Notes: a model not told the origin generated them from the letters alone. A DNA stretch of 64,000 nt from Verrucomicrobiota bacterium (GCA_045046875.1 JASFYY010000050.1:54699-118698), one strand, 5' to 3'. Positions 37,869-48,074 are shown, counted from the stretch's first letter. Program-made: numbers and translations.

Positions 37869-39395
37869 TTATTTCTTTTTCTTTTTAGCGGGTTTGGGGT
37901 CGAGGTTGGCGTCGAACTCCGCTTTGCTCGGCGTGGTGGTTGCAATACCTTTTTCAGGAACTTCGGCTTTGCTGATCCAGCAGATGGCGTTGAGCAAGGT
38001 TTTGCGAAAAGAATCGTTGGAGAGGTTGTCGTGGAAGTGAGTTCCGGTGAAACCAAATCCACGTCCGCCATCTGCGCGGTCATAGACCCAACATACGTGT
38101 TGCGGAGTTTTGGCTGCGACCATTTTGCGCACTGCGGCATTGCCGGAGTGGGGGCCGTCGGGGCGTGACATGGTTGAGTCATCGGGGATGGCGCTTAGAA
38201 TAGGGGTCACGCCTTTCATGCCGGGGGCAAAGCGCATGTTGAAATACCATTCGTCTTCGACTTCAAAGGGGGCGACGCCGTTGGCGACCGGGTGTTTGGG
38301 CATTTTGTCAAAGTGGGCGGTCCAGTGGGGATTGACCGAGTGGTCGATTTCAAAAGCACCGCCGACCCATGAGATGAGATCCTGGTTGGATTGATCTTTG
38401 AGCATTTCCACGGCGTAGTGCATGGCGCCGATGCCGATGCCCTTGGCGGCGAGTTCGCTGACTTCGTCGCGGTGATCAAAGGCGACGTGGCGTTTTTGGC
38501 CATCGCTGAACATCACCAGGCTGTCGGCATTTTGAAAAGCTGTGGGGTCGGCCGGCCAGCCGTTGGTGTAAACGGTGGCGAGTACTTTGTCGCCGTAGTT
38601 TTCATTGAGTAGGCGAGCTAACAGCAGGCTGCCGGCGTTGTGCTCGTGCTGGCGTGGACCGTGGGAGGGTTTGCCGGCGGTGAAGACGATTTTTTTGCGG
38701 CCATCACTCAGGGGCAGGCGTTTGAGCCGGATATTGCGGAACTGCACTTTCATGGCAGGTCCTTTATGCACCTGAAAAGCGAGCACGCCGGAGAAACGGC
38801 GTTTGTCGGTGTCGTTGTCGGTGACGTCGGACATGACGACTCCGTTGATCTTGTGGATCATGTGATTGCCCTTGGCGATGATGTGGTAGGTGTTCCATTC
38901 GCCCTGGTTGATTTTTTTTTGCAAGTCTGCAGTTTTGGCAAAGGTTTCGATTACCTTGGGTTTGCCATCTTCACCTATCTCGGTTTTTTCTCCGCGCTTG
39001 GCGAGGATGCCACGAAATTGTTCGCCGTAGTTGATACCAGAGTAGGTGGTGCCGGCTTCGAAGTCAGCCTGGTAACCACCGACGGAATAATCTTTTGGCA
39101 GGCGGAAGCTGCGGTATTGGATGCCAGAGTTGCCTTTTTTGATTTTGTATTCCAGTTTCAGCTCGAAGTCATCCACTTCGCCCTGAGACCAAATCAGGAA
39201 TTGGTTGTATTGGATCGGGTCTTCGTCGGTGGTGGTGCCGGTGATGGTGCCGTCCTGCACGCTCCACAGTTTGGGATTGCCTTCCCAGCCGGTGAGGGTT
39301 TTGCCGTCGAAGATGGAAGTGAAGCCTGAGTCGTCGGCAAGCGCATGGCTGAGACAGAGGGTGAGAACAAGGAGGAGGGATGCGAGTGGTTTCAT
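37869..39395 (-). CDS. DUF1080 (3-keto-glycoside hydrolase-like) plus ThuA-like fusion
   Basis: FDGKTLTGW, NSGIQYRS, GYQAD, WNTYHI, QVH...V.FRNI; then AGKPSHG..HEH, DEWYF, GRGFGFTG.H; start at MKPLAS. Confidence 0.88.
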   Translation of the reverse strand: MKPLASLLLVLTLCLSHALADDSGFTSIFDGKTLTGWEGNPKLWSVQDGTITGTTTDEDPIQYNQFLIWSQGEVDDFELKLEYKIKKGNSGIQYRSFRLPKDYSVGGYQADFEAGTTYSGINYGEQFRGILAKRGEKTEIGEDGKPKVIETFAKTADLQKKINQGEWNTYHIIAKGNHMIHKINGVVMSDVTDNDTDKRRFSGVLAFQVHKGPAMKVQFRNIRLKRLPLSDGRKKIVFTAGKPSHGPRQHEHNAGSLLLARLLNENYGDKVLATVYTNGWPADPTAFQNADSLVMFSDGQKRHVAFDHRDEVSELAAKGIGIGAMHYAVEMLKDQSNQDLISWVGGAFEIDHSVNPHWTAHFDKMPKHPVANGVAPFEVEDEWYFNMRFAPGMKGVTPILSAIPDDSTMSRPDGPHSGNAAVRKMVAAKTPQHVCWVYDRADGGRGFGFTGTHFHDNLSNDSFRKTLLNAICWISKAEVPEKGIATTTPSKAEFDANLDPKPAKKKKK

Positions 39396-39531
39396 GAATT
39401 TGAGTTTAAAAGGAGAGGTTGAAAGTTTTTTATAGAAGATGCAAAATCTAACAAGGCTCAGCCAGCCCTGCAAGTTGCAATCCTTGGCGTATTTACGTAG
39501 GGAATATGAGTTCAACGGCAGAGAAAACAAA

Positions 39532-39615
39532 GGAGTGCGGGTTTTCAACCCGACATGTCTCTGAGCTTTCGCCGGACAGGAGCCGAAGACAGACGGGAGT
39601 CAATGTCCGCTCTCC
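39532..39615. repeat. Inverted doublet of GGAG-type REP-like palindromes
   Basis: GGAG-tgcgggttttcaacccgaca on +; GGAG-agcggaca...tgtccg on -, with gccgaagacagacgggag in its loop. Confidence 0.55.
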
Positions 39616-39663
39616 TGTTTGTAATTTGAATTGGGTTTCTGTGTTTTTGGTGGTGAGACGCTC

Positions 39664-40743
39664 CTATATCTCGACTGCAAACTGTTCGTCGGCTTGGATT
39701 GAGCGCAGGACTTCGACAAAAAGACGGATGGTTTTTTCGATATCATCAAAATGGGCGACTTCGACCACTGAGTGCATGTAGCGCAGAGGCAGTGAGATCA
39801 AGGCTGACGGCACGCCGCCGATTTGGTGGAAGATGGAGTCGGTGTCGGTGCCGGTGGCACGCGAGGAGGCTTCATGTTGGATCGGGATGTCGTTTTTGGC
39901 GGCCACTTCGATGATGCGTTTGACCAGTTCGGGGTGATTGGCTGAGCCGTGGGTCAAGGAGGGACCTCCGCCGAGCTCGACATCGCCGTGTTCGGCTTTT
40001 TCGATGCCGGGGCTGTCGGTGGCGTGAGTGACGTCGAGCACGATACAGATGTCCGGGCGCAGCCGGTGGGTGATCATTTTGGCGCCGTGACCGCCGATTT
40101 CTTCCTGCACGGCGTTGGCAGCGATGATGGTGGCGGGGATTTTGTCATCCGATTCGCCGAGTTGTTTTAATACCTGGGCGATGATGAAGCCACCAATGCG
40201 GTTGTCGAGCGCGCGGCTGACGATGCGGTTTTTGCCGAGCAGCTCGGCTTGGTCGGAATACACCGCCGGGTGACCGACGCGGATGCCCAGTTCGGCGACT
40301 TCTTGTGGATTGCAGGCACCGACGTCGATGAACAGTTCGTGCATCTCGGGAGTTTTTTCGCTGCCGAGGGTGCGTTTGCGTAGATGGATGGCGGTATTGC
40401 CAAAAATGCCTGTTACGTCTCCGTCGTCACCGAGAATGGTGAGACGTCGCCCACGTGCGGTTGCCCAGTCACTGCCGCCGACCCGGTCGACTTGCAGGTA
40501 ACCTTCCTTGGTGATGTGTTTGACCATGTAGCCGATTTCGTCGGCGTGGGCTTCGATCATGATGGTGGGGGCAGTGGCGCTGCCTTTGATGGTGCCCCAG
40601 GCGTTGCCGTAGGCATCACTTTCCACTGAGTCGGCGAATTGGCGAACATAAGCGGCCCATTTGCGCTGCCCGCGCACTTCGAATCCGGTGGGGCTGGGGG
40701 TGTTGAGCAGGTCGAAGAGGAATTGGTGTGTGTCTTTATCCAT
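39664..40743 (-). CDS. M42 family metallo-aminopeptidase
   Basis: PSPTGFE, AHADEIG, ALDNR, VQEEIG, DVTHA, TGTD, RYMHS; start at MDKDT. Confidence 0.93.
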   Translation of the reverse strand: MDKDTHQFLFDLLNTPSPTGFEVRGQRKWAAYVRQFADSVESDAYGNAWGTIKGSATAPTIMIEAHADEIGYMVKHITKEGYLQVDRVGGSDWATARGRRLTILGDDGDVTGIFGNTAIHLRKRTLGSEKTPEMHELFIDVGACNPQEVAELGIRVGHPAVYSDQAELLGKNRIVSRALDNRIGGFIIAQVLKQLGESDDKIPATIIAANAVQEEIGGHGAKMITHRLRPDICIVLDVTHATDSPGIEKAEHGDVELGGGPSLTHGSANHPELVKRIIEVAAKNDIPIQHEASSRATGTDTDSIFHQIGGVPSALISLPLRYMHSVVEVAHFDDIEKTIRLFVEVLRSIQADEQFAVEI

Positions 40744-40808
40744 GCGGGGAAAGTAGCGGGGGATGTTGGCGGGGAAAAGCGTTTTATCGGGGAAATTTAA
40801 AGAGGAGG

Positions 40809-40901
40809 AACCATGAACCGCCGCCGCTAAAGAGCTATGGCGAGTTAAGATGGATGCGAGCCGAAGCGCAGCGAAGACAGGCGGAGCCAATAAACGCGAA
40901 T
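40809..40901 (+). repeat. 3x10-nt arm interrupted by two different modules
   Basis: aaccatgaa[module]t|ggatgc[module]caat|aaacgcgaat. Confidence 0.65.
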
Positions 40902-41045
40902 AGGATAATACGTAGTAGGTCGGGTGGCTATGCCTTCTGGTTTGAGGGTAGAGTATAAAGAAGGCGGGCTTTGTAATCGCGGGGACTTCGGTCTTGATTA
41001 TGATTTTTCTTCCAACAATCGGATTTTTGTGTTGTCGTAACTGCT

Positions 41046-42476
41046 ATGAAACGGAAACTTGGGCATCTTTCACGGCGCAGCTTTCTTGTCGCTTCGACGA
41101 CGGGAATTGCAGGTTATCGTTTTGGTACGTCGATGCTGGGGATGGATGCGCAGGCGGCGCAGGCTTTGGGAACGCCATTGGCCAGCCGGGCTCCGGCAAA
41201 AACAACGATTCTGTTTTTTCTCTGTGGAGGTTCGTCGCATGTGGATATGTGGGACATGAAACCCAGTGCCCCTTCGGAGTACCGCAGTATTTTTCGTCCC
41301 ATTCGCACGGCGGCGGCGGAGATCCAGCTGTGTGAACATTTGCCGATGACAGCCAGGGTGGCTGACAAACTTGCCATCGTGAGATCGGTGACAGATTATG
41401 GGCGAGCCACAGGTGATCACCATGCTGGGTATTATTATAATCTGACCGGCCACGCGCCGGATCAGACTTTTCGCACTCAGGGAAACAACCGGCGCCCCTA
41501 TTCTGGCGATTGGCCATTCATGGGTAGTGTGATTGGCTCGCGTCGGCCGCCTCATCCTGATTTGCCCCAGTTGATCACCTTGCCTCACAAACCGAGCCGC
41601 CCTCCGTTTACCCGGCCCGGACAATTTGCCGGTCTACTGGGGCCAAGGCATGACGCGCTTTATGTGAACGGTAACCAGGCCGAGCCGATGCAATTCACGG
41701 CCCCTTCGTTGACGCTGCAAACCAGCAAGGGGCGCTTGGATGATCGTCGTGAGTTGCTTGGTGCGCTGGATCAAGCTCGCTCAGATTTGGATCAAAATGC
41801 TGCGGTGCGTGGTTTTGGGGAGTATCACCAGGAAGCTTTCTCTTTGCTGGCGTCTTCGAGTACCGCTTCGGCTTTTGATTTGAAAAATGAATCGGCAGCG
41901 ACCATTGAACGCTATGGCAAGACTATCAATGGTATGAGTTTGCTGATGGCACGTCGATTAGCGGAAGCGCAGGTGCCTTTCATTACGGTATTTTGGAAGG
42001 GGGATACGAGCCTGAGCAAAAAATGTAAAAGTGCGGGCAGTTGGGATACCCATGGAAATAACTTTAACTGTTTGAAGGATAATTTGTTGCCGCAATTTGA
42101 TCGTGCCTATTCAGCCTTGATTGAAGACCTCTCGGAGCGCGGCATGCTGGATGACACCCTGGTATTGCTCTCCAGCGAAATGGGACGCAAGCCAAAAATT
42201 GGTGACGTGCGATCAGGTGGAGTTTCGGGAGCGGGGCGGGATCATTGGACGGTTTGTCAGAGTGTGGTCATGGCCGGTGGAGGTATTCGAGGAGGACAAA
42301 CTTTTGGTAAAACCGACGCTTATGGTGAGCTGCCGGTGGAGAGTGCGGTAGGGCCGGAAGATATCACCAAAACGGTGTATCATGCGATGGGGATCAATGA
42401 TTTGCGAGCTAAAGATCAGGCTAACCGGCCGATTAATTTATTGTCCGAAGGGCGGGCTTTGACCGAGTTGTTTTAG
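41046..42476 (+). CDS. DUF1501 domain protein (Tat signal)
   Basis: SRRSFL, FLCGGSSHVDMWDMKP, WDTH, SEMGRKP, GRDHW, AGGGIRGG. Confidence 0.9.
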   Translation: MKRKLGHLSRRSFLVASTTGIAGYRFGTSMLGMDAQAAQALGTPLASRAPAKTTILFFLCGGSSHVDMWDMKPSAPSEYRSIFRPIRTAAAEIQLCEHLPMTARVADKLAIVRSVTDYGRATGDHHAGYYYNLTGHAPDQTFRTQGNNRRPYSGDWPFMGSVIGSRRPPHPDLPQLITLPHKPSRPPFTRPGQFAGLLGPRHDALYVNGNQAEPMQFTAPSLTLQTSKGRLDDRRELLGALDQARSDLDQNAAVRGFGEYHQEAFSLLASSSTASAFDLKNESAATIERYGKTINGMSLLMARRLAEAQVPFITVFWKGDTSLSKKCKSAGSWDTHGNNFNCLKDNLLPQFDRAYSALIEDLSERGMLDDTLVLLSSEMGRKPKIGDVRSGGVSGAGRDHWTVCQSVVMAGGGIRGGQTFGKTDAYGELPVESAVGPEDITKTVYHAMGINDLRAKDQANRPINLLSEGRALTELF

Positions 42477-42491
42477 TTTGCGAGTGTCTTT

Positions 42492-42971
42492 ATGAAATAT
42501 TCTATTTTAATAATAACCTTTATGGTGGGTAGCGTAAGCGGCATGCTTTACGGATGGCGCAGTGGTTATACTGACGGAGAAGTGGCAGCTGCGTATGCCA
42601 GTTTGTCTTTTCTGAAATCCTATGGCGTCCTACGTGGAGGTGATGATGTGAGAGGGCGTGACCGCTTGGTGGACTTTCGCGTATTTGATACGGCTCACAC
42701 ATTTGTTAATGGCCATAGTTATTCGCCGCTGTTTCGTCTAATGCACACAAGAGCTGACAAGGGACTGTTGACCGTTTCGGCGTATTGGGAGCTTAATTAT
42801 GTTCAGCCCAGTATTTGGCGTGAGGGCTTTTACCCAACCTTGTTTGATGCGGGCAGTGAGGAGGAGAAGGTTTTGAAAGAACTTAAAGCCACGCACGCGG
42901 AAGAATATCAAAAAATTCTTAAGGAGCACCAAAAGCTGCGGGAGGAAAAATCAGCAAAAAAGGAATCCTGA
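42492..42971 (+). CDS. Hypothetical membrane-anchored/exported protein
   Basis: N-terminal hydrophobic segment, charged C-terminus. Confidence 0.6.
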   Translation: MKYSILIITFMVGSVSGMLYGWRSGYTDGEVAAAYASLSFLKSYGVLRGGDDVRGRDRLVDFRVFDTAHTFVNGHSYSPLFRLMHTRADKGLLTVSAYWELNYVQPSIWREGFYPTLFDAGSEEEKVLKELKATHAEEYQKILKEHQKLREEKSAKKES

Positions 42972-43012
42972 TTATTATTGAGGGAGGGGGTGAGAGTCCG
43001 GGCTGAGTAGTT

Positions 43013-43228
43013 TTAATCCACGTGGATGATGTTCACCGGGCAGCCTTCGGCGGCGCGCTTGAGGGCAGGGCGGTCGATTTCCAGTCCTTGGCCGTGTTGG
43101 AAGACGCCGATTTGAGTGAAGTCGTGCAGGGTGGCCATGCCTTCTTCGTCCATGGTAAAATATTCCGAAGCCTCTTGCTCACATAGGGCACAGCCGATGC
43201 ACTCGTTTTTTTTGTGGCGGATTTTCAT
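43013..43228 (-). CDS. Ferredoxin
   Basis: CIGCALC ... GCPVNII. Confidence 0.88.
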   Translation of the reverse strand: MKIRHKKNECIGCALCEQEASEYFTMDEEGMATLHDFTQIGVFQHGQGLEIDRPALKRAAEGCPVNIIHVD

Positions 43229-43235
43229 TGCACGA

Positions 43236-44531
43236 TCATGCGGTTACACTTTTCGCGGTCGCGTCGTTTTTGACGGCTTCGAGCTTGTAAAATTTATCAC
43301 CCCGGCGAATGGTGCCGGACTCTTTGAGGGTGAGGGTGGCTCCCCGGTCAGCTGAAGATTGCGCGAGCATTTCTTTGCCGTTCAGAACTCGCATGGATTC
43401 GATTTTTCCTTCCACGACGCCGGTGGTATCGCCGATGATGAGGTAGTCGTCTCCGACTTTCAGGCCGGTGCCTTCGGCGAGGACTTCGATGACGCCGGCT
43501 TTTTTGAAATGATTTTGAATGGTGCCAACAAACACTTTGCGATGGCTCGCTTTGCTGCCGGCGGTGCCGGACCAGCCTTGTTGGCGGCCGAGGTAATAAC
43601 CATCGGAAAAACCACGGTGGTAAACTTTTTCGACGGCCGGCATCAGGGATGCCACCAGTTCTTGTGAGTAAGTGCCGTCCTGCACAGCATCCATGGCCAG
43701 GCGGTAGGCTTTGGTGACGGCGCCGACGTATTCCGGTGCGCGTCCGCGGCCTTCGATTTTGAGAATGCGGATGCCGGCACCGAGCACTTCATCAAGAAAT
43801 TCGATGGTTTTGATGTCGTTGGGCGACATGATGAGGTTGTTGTCGATTTTGAGCTCCTTGCCGGATTCTGTATCCTTGACGGTGTATTCCTTACGACAGT
43901 TCTGGATGCAGGCGCCTCGATTAGCAGATGAGTTATCAGTGTAAAGGGACATGCCGCAGCGTCCGGAGACGGCGATGCAGAGTGCACCGTGGGCGAAAGC
44001 TTCGAGTTCCATCGGGCGTCCGGCTTTTCCGCGCAGATCATTTTGTTGCATCTTGTCAAAGATGCTGCGGATCATTTTGAGGTTGAGCTCACGGGCGAGC
44101 ACGATGCGGTCGCAGAACTGGCTGTAAAATTTAAGTGATTCGTAGTTGGAGATCGAGAGCTGGGTGGAGATGTGGACCTCGAGGCCGATTTCGTTGGCGA
44201 TCTGAATGGCGGCCATGTCGGAGGCGATGACGGCGGTCACCCCATGGCCGTGGGCGGTTTCGAGCAGATTGCGGGCCAGTTTTAGATCGTGTTCGTAGAG
44301 CAGGGTATTGAGGGTCAGGCAGCTTTTGACATGGCTCTCGTTGCAAATACGTATGATTTCCGCTAGATCCTTGAGGTGAAAGCTACGCCGTGCTTTGGCT
44401 CGCATGTTCAGTTGAGCGAGCCCGAAATACACAGAATCAGCCCCGTTGCTGATCGCGGCTCTGAGGGATGGATAACAACCAGCTGGCGACAGCAATTCTG
44501 TATTTGGATATAATAACATGATAGCAGACAA
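43236..44531 (-). CDS. Peptidase U32 family protein (TrhP/RlhA-like Fe-S hydroxylase)
   Basis: [48 protein letters not shown]. Confidence 0.92.
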   Translation of the reverse strand: MSAIMLLYPNTELLSPAGCYPSLRAAISNGADSVYFGLAQLNMRAKARRSFHLKDLAEIIRICNESHVKSCLTLNTLLYEHDLKLARNLLETAHGHGVTAVIASDMAAIQIANEIGLEVHISTQLSISNYESLKFYSQFCDRIVLARELNLKMIRSIFDKMQQNDLRGKAGRPMELEAFAHGALCIAVSGRCGMSLYTDNSSANRGACIQNCRKEYTVKDTESGKELKIDNNLIMSPNDIKTIEFLDEVLGAGIRILKIEGRGRAPEYVGAVTKAYRLAMDAVQDGTYSQELVASLMPAVEKVYHRGFSDGYYLGRQQGWSGTAGSKASHRKVFVGTIQNHFKKAGVIEVLAEGTGLKVGDDYLIIGDTTGVVEGKIESMRVLNGKEMLAQSSADRGATLTLKESGTIRRGDKFYKLEAVKNDATAKSVTA

Positions 44532-44712
44532 ACGGTAATGCGTTCAGGCAGTAGGCCTTTGAATCAAACGGGCATTTGATGGATAGAGTGCCCTGATTGC
44601 GCGCCACCATAAGGCAGAATGGCCGTTTGGGCAAGGCTTGTAGTGATAGCAGGGGCAGGTGAGTTGCTTATTAAATAAGGTTTGAAAATGTAGATTTACG
44701 GGTAAACTGATT

Positions 44713-46704
44713 TTGATGATTCCCCGTCCCCCCCACTTGAGATGGATGATCCCTTGTCTCGTAATTATTGCGGGTATTGGGATGGGTTTTGCTGCGGACA
44801 GGACAAAAAAAGTTGAGACCCCGTGGTCGTTTGCGCCGTTGCAGCAAAAAGATGAGTTACCTGTAGTCAGCGATGATTCGTGGCCGAAGACGCGCATCGA
44901 CTATTTTGTGTTGGCGAAGATGGAAGCCAAGGGCTTGAAACCGACAAAACGGGCTGACGGGCGGATACTTTTGCGGCGTTTGCATTTTGATCTCACCGGA
45001 TTGCCTCCCACCCCCGCGGAAGTCGCGGATTTTTGTGATTGCGCGAGTGAAGGGAAAATCGATGAGCTGCTGACATCACCACATTATGGAGAACGTTGGG
45101 GGAGGCATTGGCTCGATTTGGTGCGCTACACGGATACCACGTCGTCTTGGCTGAAGTCGACCGGCTCAGCCTGGCTGTATCGAGATTGGGTGGTGAGAAG
45201 TTTCAATCAGGACCTCAGTTATCCGGATTTTATTAAACGTCAGTTAGCTGCTGATCAGATGCCTGAAGTCGGCCCTGAAGAAAATGCGGCATTGGGTTTT
45301 CTGGGGCTAAGCCCCACCTACTGGAAGGAGCTGCAGTTGCCTCCGGAGATTATCAAAGCCACCGTGGCAGACGAATGGGAGGAACGGATAGATACTCTGG
45401 GAAGGACTTTTTTGGGGCTGACCGTGGCTTGCGCGCGTTGCCATGATCATAAAGCCAACCCGATCAGCACGGCTGACTATTACGCTCTGGCCGGAGTGTT
45501 TGCCAGTATCAAGATGAGCGATCGGCCGATGATGGCGGAGGAGCTTTGGTTGCCGGTGAAAAAAGCTCGCGGCGAGGTAGCGGTGCTGGTGAAAAAGCAG
45601 GCGGATCTGAAAAAGAAAAAGCCCAAACCCGAGGACTTGAAGGAGCAATTGGCCGAGTTGAGCAAAAGAATCAAAGTCATCAAGACGGGAACGCCGCATT
45701 ACAATATGGCGACGATCGTGGGGGTTAAGGATTCAGCCTTGCATGTTTTGCCGAAGAAAAAAGGCCACGGCACGCTGTTGGATTATCAAGACGGCAAGGC
45801 GCGTGATCTGGAGATACAGATTCGAGGTAATCCCAACGATACCGGGGAAGTGGTGCCGCGCCGATTCCTTAGCGCGTTCCCTGCGCAGAAAGGAGAGCCC
45901 AGGCAGTTCAAGAATGGCAGTGGGCGGTTGGAGCTCGGTGAGTCGTTGGTCAAAGATTCCAAGCCTTTGCTGGCGCGGGTGATCGTGAACCGTATTTGGC
46001 GGCAACATTTTGGCCGAGGGCTGGTGGAAACCCCGAGTGATTTTGGTAATACGGGCGCTCGCCCGTCTCACCCGGAACTGCTCGACGATCTCGCCGCGCG
46101 CTTCGTTGACAATGGTTGGTCGTTCAAGTGGTTGCATCGGGAAATTCTCAACTCGGCGACTTGGCAGCAGAGTTCGTTTGCCAGTGATTCAGCCGCGGCT
46201 GATCCGGGTAATATTTATTATTCGCGCATGTCCCGCCAGCGTCTCGATGTCGAAGCTTGGCGTGATGCGATGTTATCGGTGTCGGCGGTGCTGAACGAGG
46301 AACTCGGAGGCAAGCCGGTTGATCTGAATGATGCGGCCAATGTGAGGCGAACTCTGTATGGAAAAATCCATCGCCGTGATCTGAACAAGATGTTGCAAGT
46401 TCATGATTTTCCGGATCCCGCAGCGCACAGTCCGGCACGCGCAAATACGATCACTCCGCTGCAGATGTTATTTGCTTTGAATGGGCCGCTTTTGAAAAAG
46501 CAGGCGACCGAATTCGCTAAACGCATCGAGTCGGATAAGGGTGTCACCAACAGTGAGCGGATCACGCGCACCTATGATCTGATGTTTCAGCGAGAGCCTA
46601 ATAAAACCGAAGTGGAGCTCGCCGAGGTTTTCCTTGAGACGGCATCTTTGGCGGAGTACGCCCGGGTGTTGTTTGCCGGCAATGAATTTCTCTACATTGA
46701 CTGA
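44713..46704 (+). CDS. DUF1549/DUF1553 (PSD1) domain protein
   Basis: LLRRL.FDLTGLPP, SPHYGERWGRHWLD, CARCHDHK, SGRLEL, RV.VNRIW..HFGRG, PSHPELLD. Confidence 0.92.
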   Translation: MMIPRPPHLRWMIPCLVIIAGIGMGFAADRTKKVETPWSFAPLQQKDELPVVSDDSWPKTRIDYFVLAKMEAKGLKPTKRADGRILLRRLHFDLTGLPPTPAEVADFCDCASEGKIDELLTSPHYGERWGRHWLDLVRYTDTTSSWLKSTGSAWLYRDWVVRSFNQDLSYPDFIKRQLAADQMPEVGPEENAALGFLGLSPTYWKELQLPPEIIKATVADEWEERIDTLGRTFLGLTVACARCHDHKANPISTADYYALAGVFASIKMSDRPMMAEELWLPVKKARGEVAVLVKKQADLKKKKPKPEDLKEQLAELSKRIKVIKTGTPHYNMATIVGVKDSALHVLPKKKGHGTLLDYQDGKARDLEIQIRGNPNDTGEVVPRRFLSAFPAQKGEPRQFKNGSGRLELGESLVKDSKPLLARVIVNRIWRQHFGRGLVETPSDFGNTGARPSHPELLDDLAARFVDNGWSFKWLHREILNSATWQQSSFASDSAAADPGNIYYSRMSRQRLDVEAWRDAMLSVSAVLNEELGGKPVDLNDAANVRRTLYGKIHRRDLNKMLQVHDFPDPAAHSPARANTITPLQMLFALNGPLLKKQATEFAKRIESDKGVTNSERITRTYDLMFQREPNKTEVELAEVFLETASLAEYARVLFAGNEFLYID

Positions 46705-48074
46705 TGGATCATTTAAATAACCAGCAAGTTGTATCCCGTCGCGCCGCCATGGCATCTATTGGAGGTGGTCTGGGCACTTTGGGCATGATCAGTGCCCTTG
46801 GGGCCGTTGATGGTCCGCGCACGCATTTTGCCCCGCGGGCGAAACGGGTTATCCATTTGTTTATGAACGGCGGTCCTTTTGGGCCGGATTTTTTTGATCC
46901 CAAACCGGCCTTGACCAAATACGCAGGGCAACGCCCCAAGGGGGCGGATTTGAGAACGGAACGTCCGACCGGCGGTCTGCTTGAAGTGCCTTATAAGTAT
47001 CGAAACTGTGGTGCCAGTGGTTTGCCGGTCAGTGATTTGCTTCCGCAGTTGTCGCAACACGCCGATGATATCTGTGTCCTGCGTTCATGTTATACGGACA
47101 ATCCTAATCACGGCCCGGCATTGCTTTTGATGAACAATGGCACGATGACACCTCGGGTGCCGAGCATGGGAGCGTGGACCTCATACGGGCTTGGTAATGA
47201 AAGTGATGATCTCCCTGGTTATGTCGTCCTTTGTCCGGGAAAGCCGGTGCGCTTCTCCATTCTTTGGAACAGCGCTTTTTTACCCGCGCATCACGCAGGC
47301 TTATATATCAATCATTCCAACATCGACCCCAAATCGATGATCCCGTGGTTGAACGATGCGCAATCCAAGCCGGATGAGCAGGCGAAGCGGGTCGAGCTTT
47401 TCCGTGCTCTTAATCGTGAGCATGCCAAGCAGCGGGGCGCTCGTGATGAGCAACTCGAGGGGCGCATTGCCGCGCTTGAATCGGCTTATCGGATGCAAAC
47501 GTCAGCCAGTGAGGCTTTTGACATCAGTCTGGAGCCGAAGAAGGTTCGCGAAGCTTATGGGGAAGGGCATTTTGCCAACGGTTGTTTGATGGCTAGGCGT
47601 TTGGCTGAGCGTGGAGTGCGGTTCACTCAGGTGTATTATGGTAACGGTCAGCCTTGGGACACACACAGCAAGCACGACGAAAAGACCCGCAAGCTGGCGC
47701 AAGATATTGATCAACCGATCGCGGCTTTGCTCGCAGATTTGAAACAACGAGGCATGTTGGAAGATACGCTGATCGTATGGGGAGGGGAATTTGGGCGCAC
47801 TCCGGTGAGTGAAAACAAAGGCGGGCGTGATCATAACCCTCACGGTTTTCTGATGTGGATGGCGGGTGGTGGTGTGCGTGGCGGGTACGCCCACGGAGCG
47901 ACTGACGAATTTGGTTTCAAGGCGGAACACAAACGCATGCATGTGCATGACATTCACGCCACGATTCTACACTTGTTAGGTATTGACCATGAACGTCTGA
48001 CTTACCGCTATGCGGGGCGGGATTTTCGCCTTACGGATGTGCACGGTAAAGTGGCGCACGAGATAGTGGCTTGA
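46704..48074 (+). CDS. DUF1501 domain protein
   Basis: SRR, AKRVIHLFMNGGP, WDTH, WGGEFGRTP, GRDHN, HATILHLLG, FRLTDV. Confidence 0.92.
   Translation: MDHLNNQQVVSRRAAMASIGGGLGTLGMISALGAVDGPRTHFAPRAKRVIHLFMNGGPFGPDFFDPKPALTKYAGQRPKGADLRTERPTGGLLEVPYKYRNCGASGLPVSDLLPQLSQHADDICVLRSCYTDNPNHGPALLLMNNGTMTPRVPSMGAWTSYGLGNESDDLPGYVVLCPGKPVRFSILWNSAFLPAHHAGLYINHSNIDPKSMIPWLNDAQSKPDEQAKRVELFRALNREHAKQRGARDEQLEGRIAALESAYRMQTSASEAFDISLEPKKVREAYGEGHFANGCLMARRLAERGVRFTQVYYGNGQPWDTHSKHDEKTRKLAQDIDQPIAALLADLKQRGMLEDTLIVWGGEFGRTPVSENKGGRDHNPHGFLMWMAGGGVRGGYAHGATDEFGFKAEHKRMHVHDIHATILHLLGIDHERLTYRYAGRDFRLTDVHGKVAHEIVA

Noticed and set aside
36437..38182. Extended N-termini from the ORF track (also pntA1, fabV, M42 peptidase, both sulfatases, mrpF, second mrpD, DUF1080)
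   Set aside because: The extensions overlap neighbours or repeats; downstream ATGs give family-typical starts or signal peptides.
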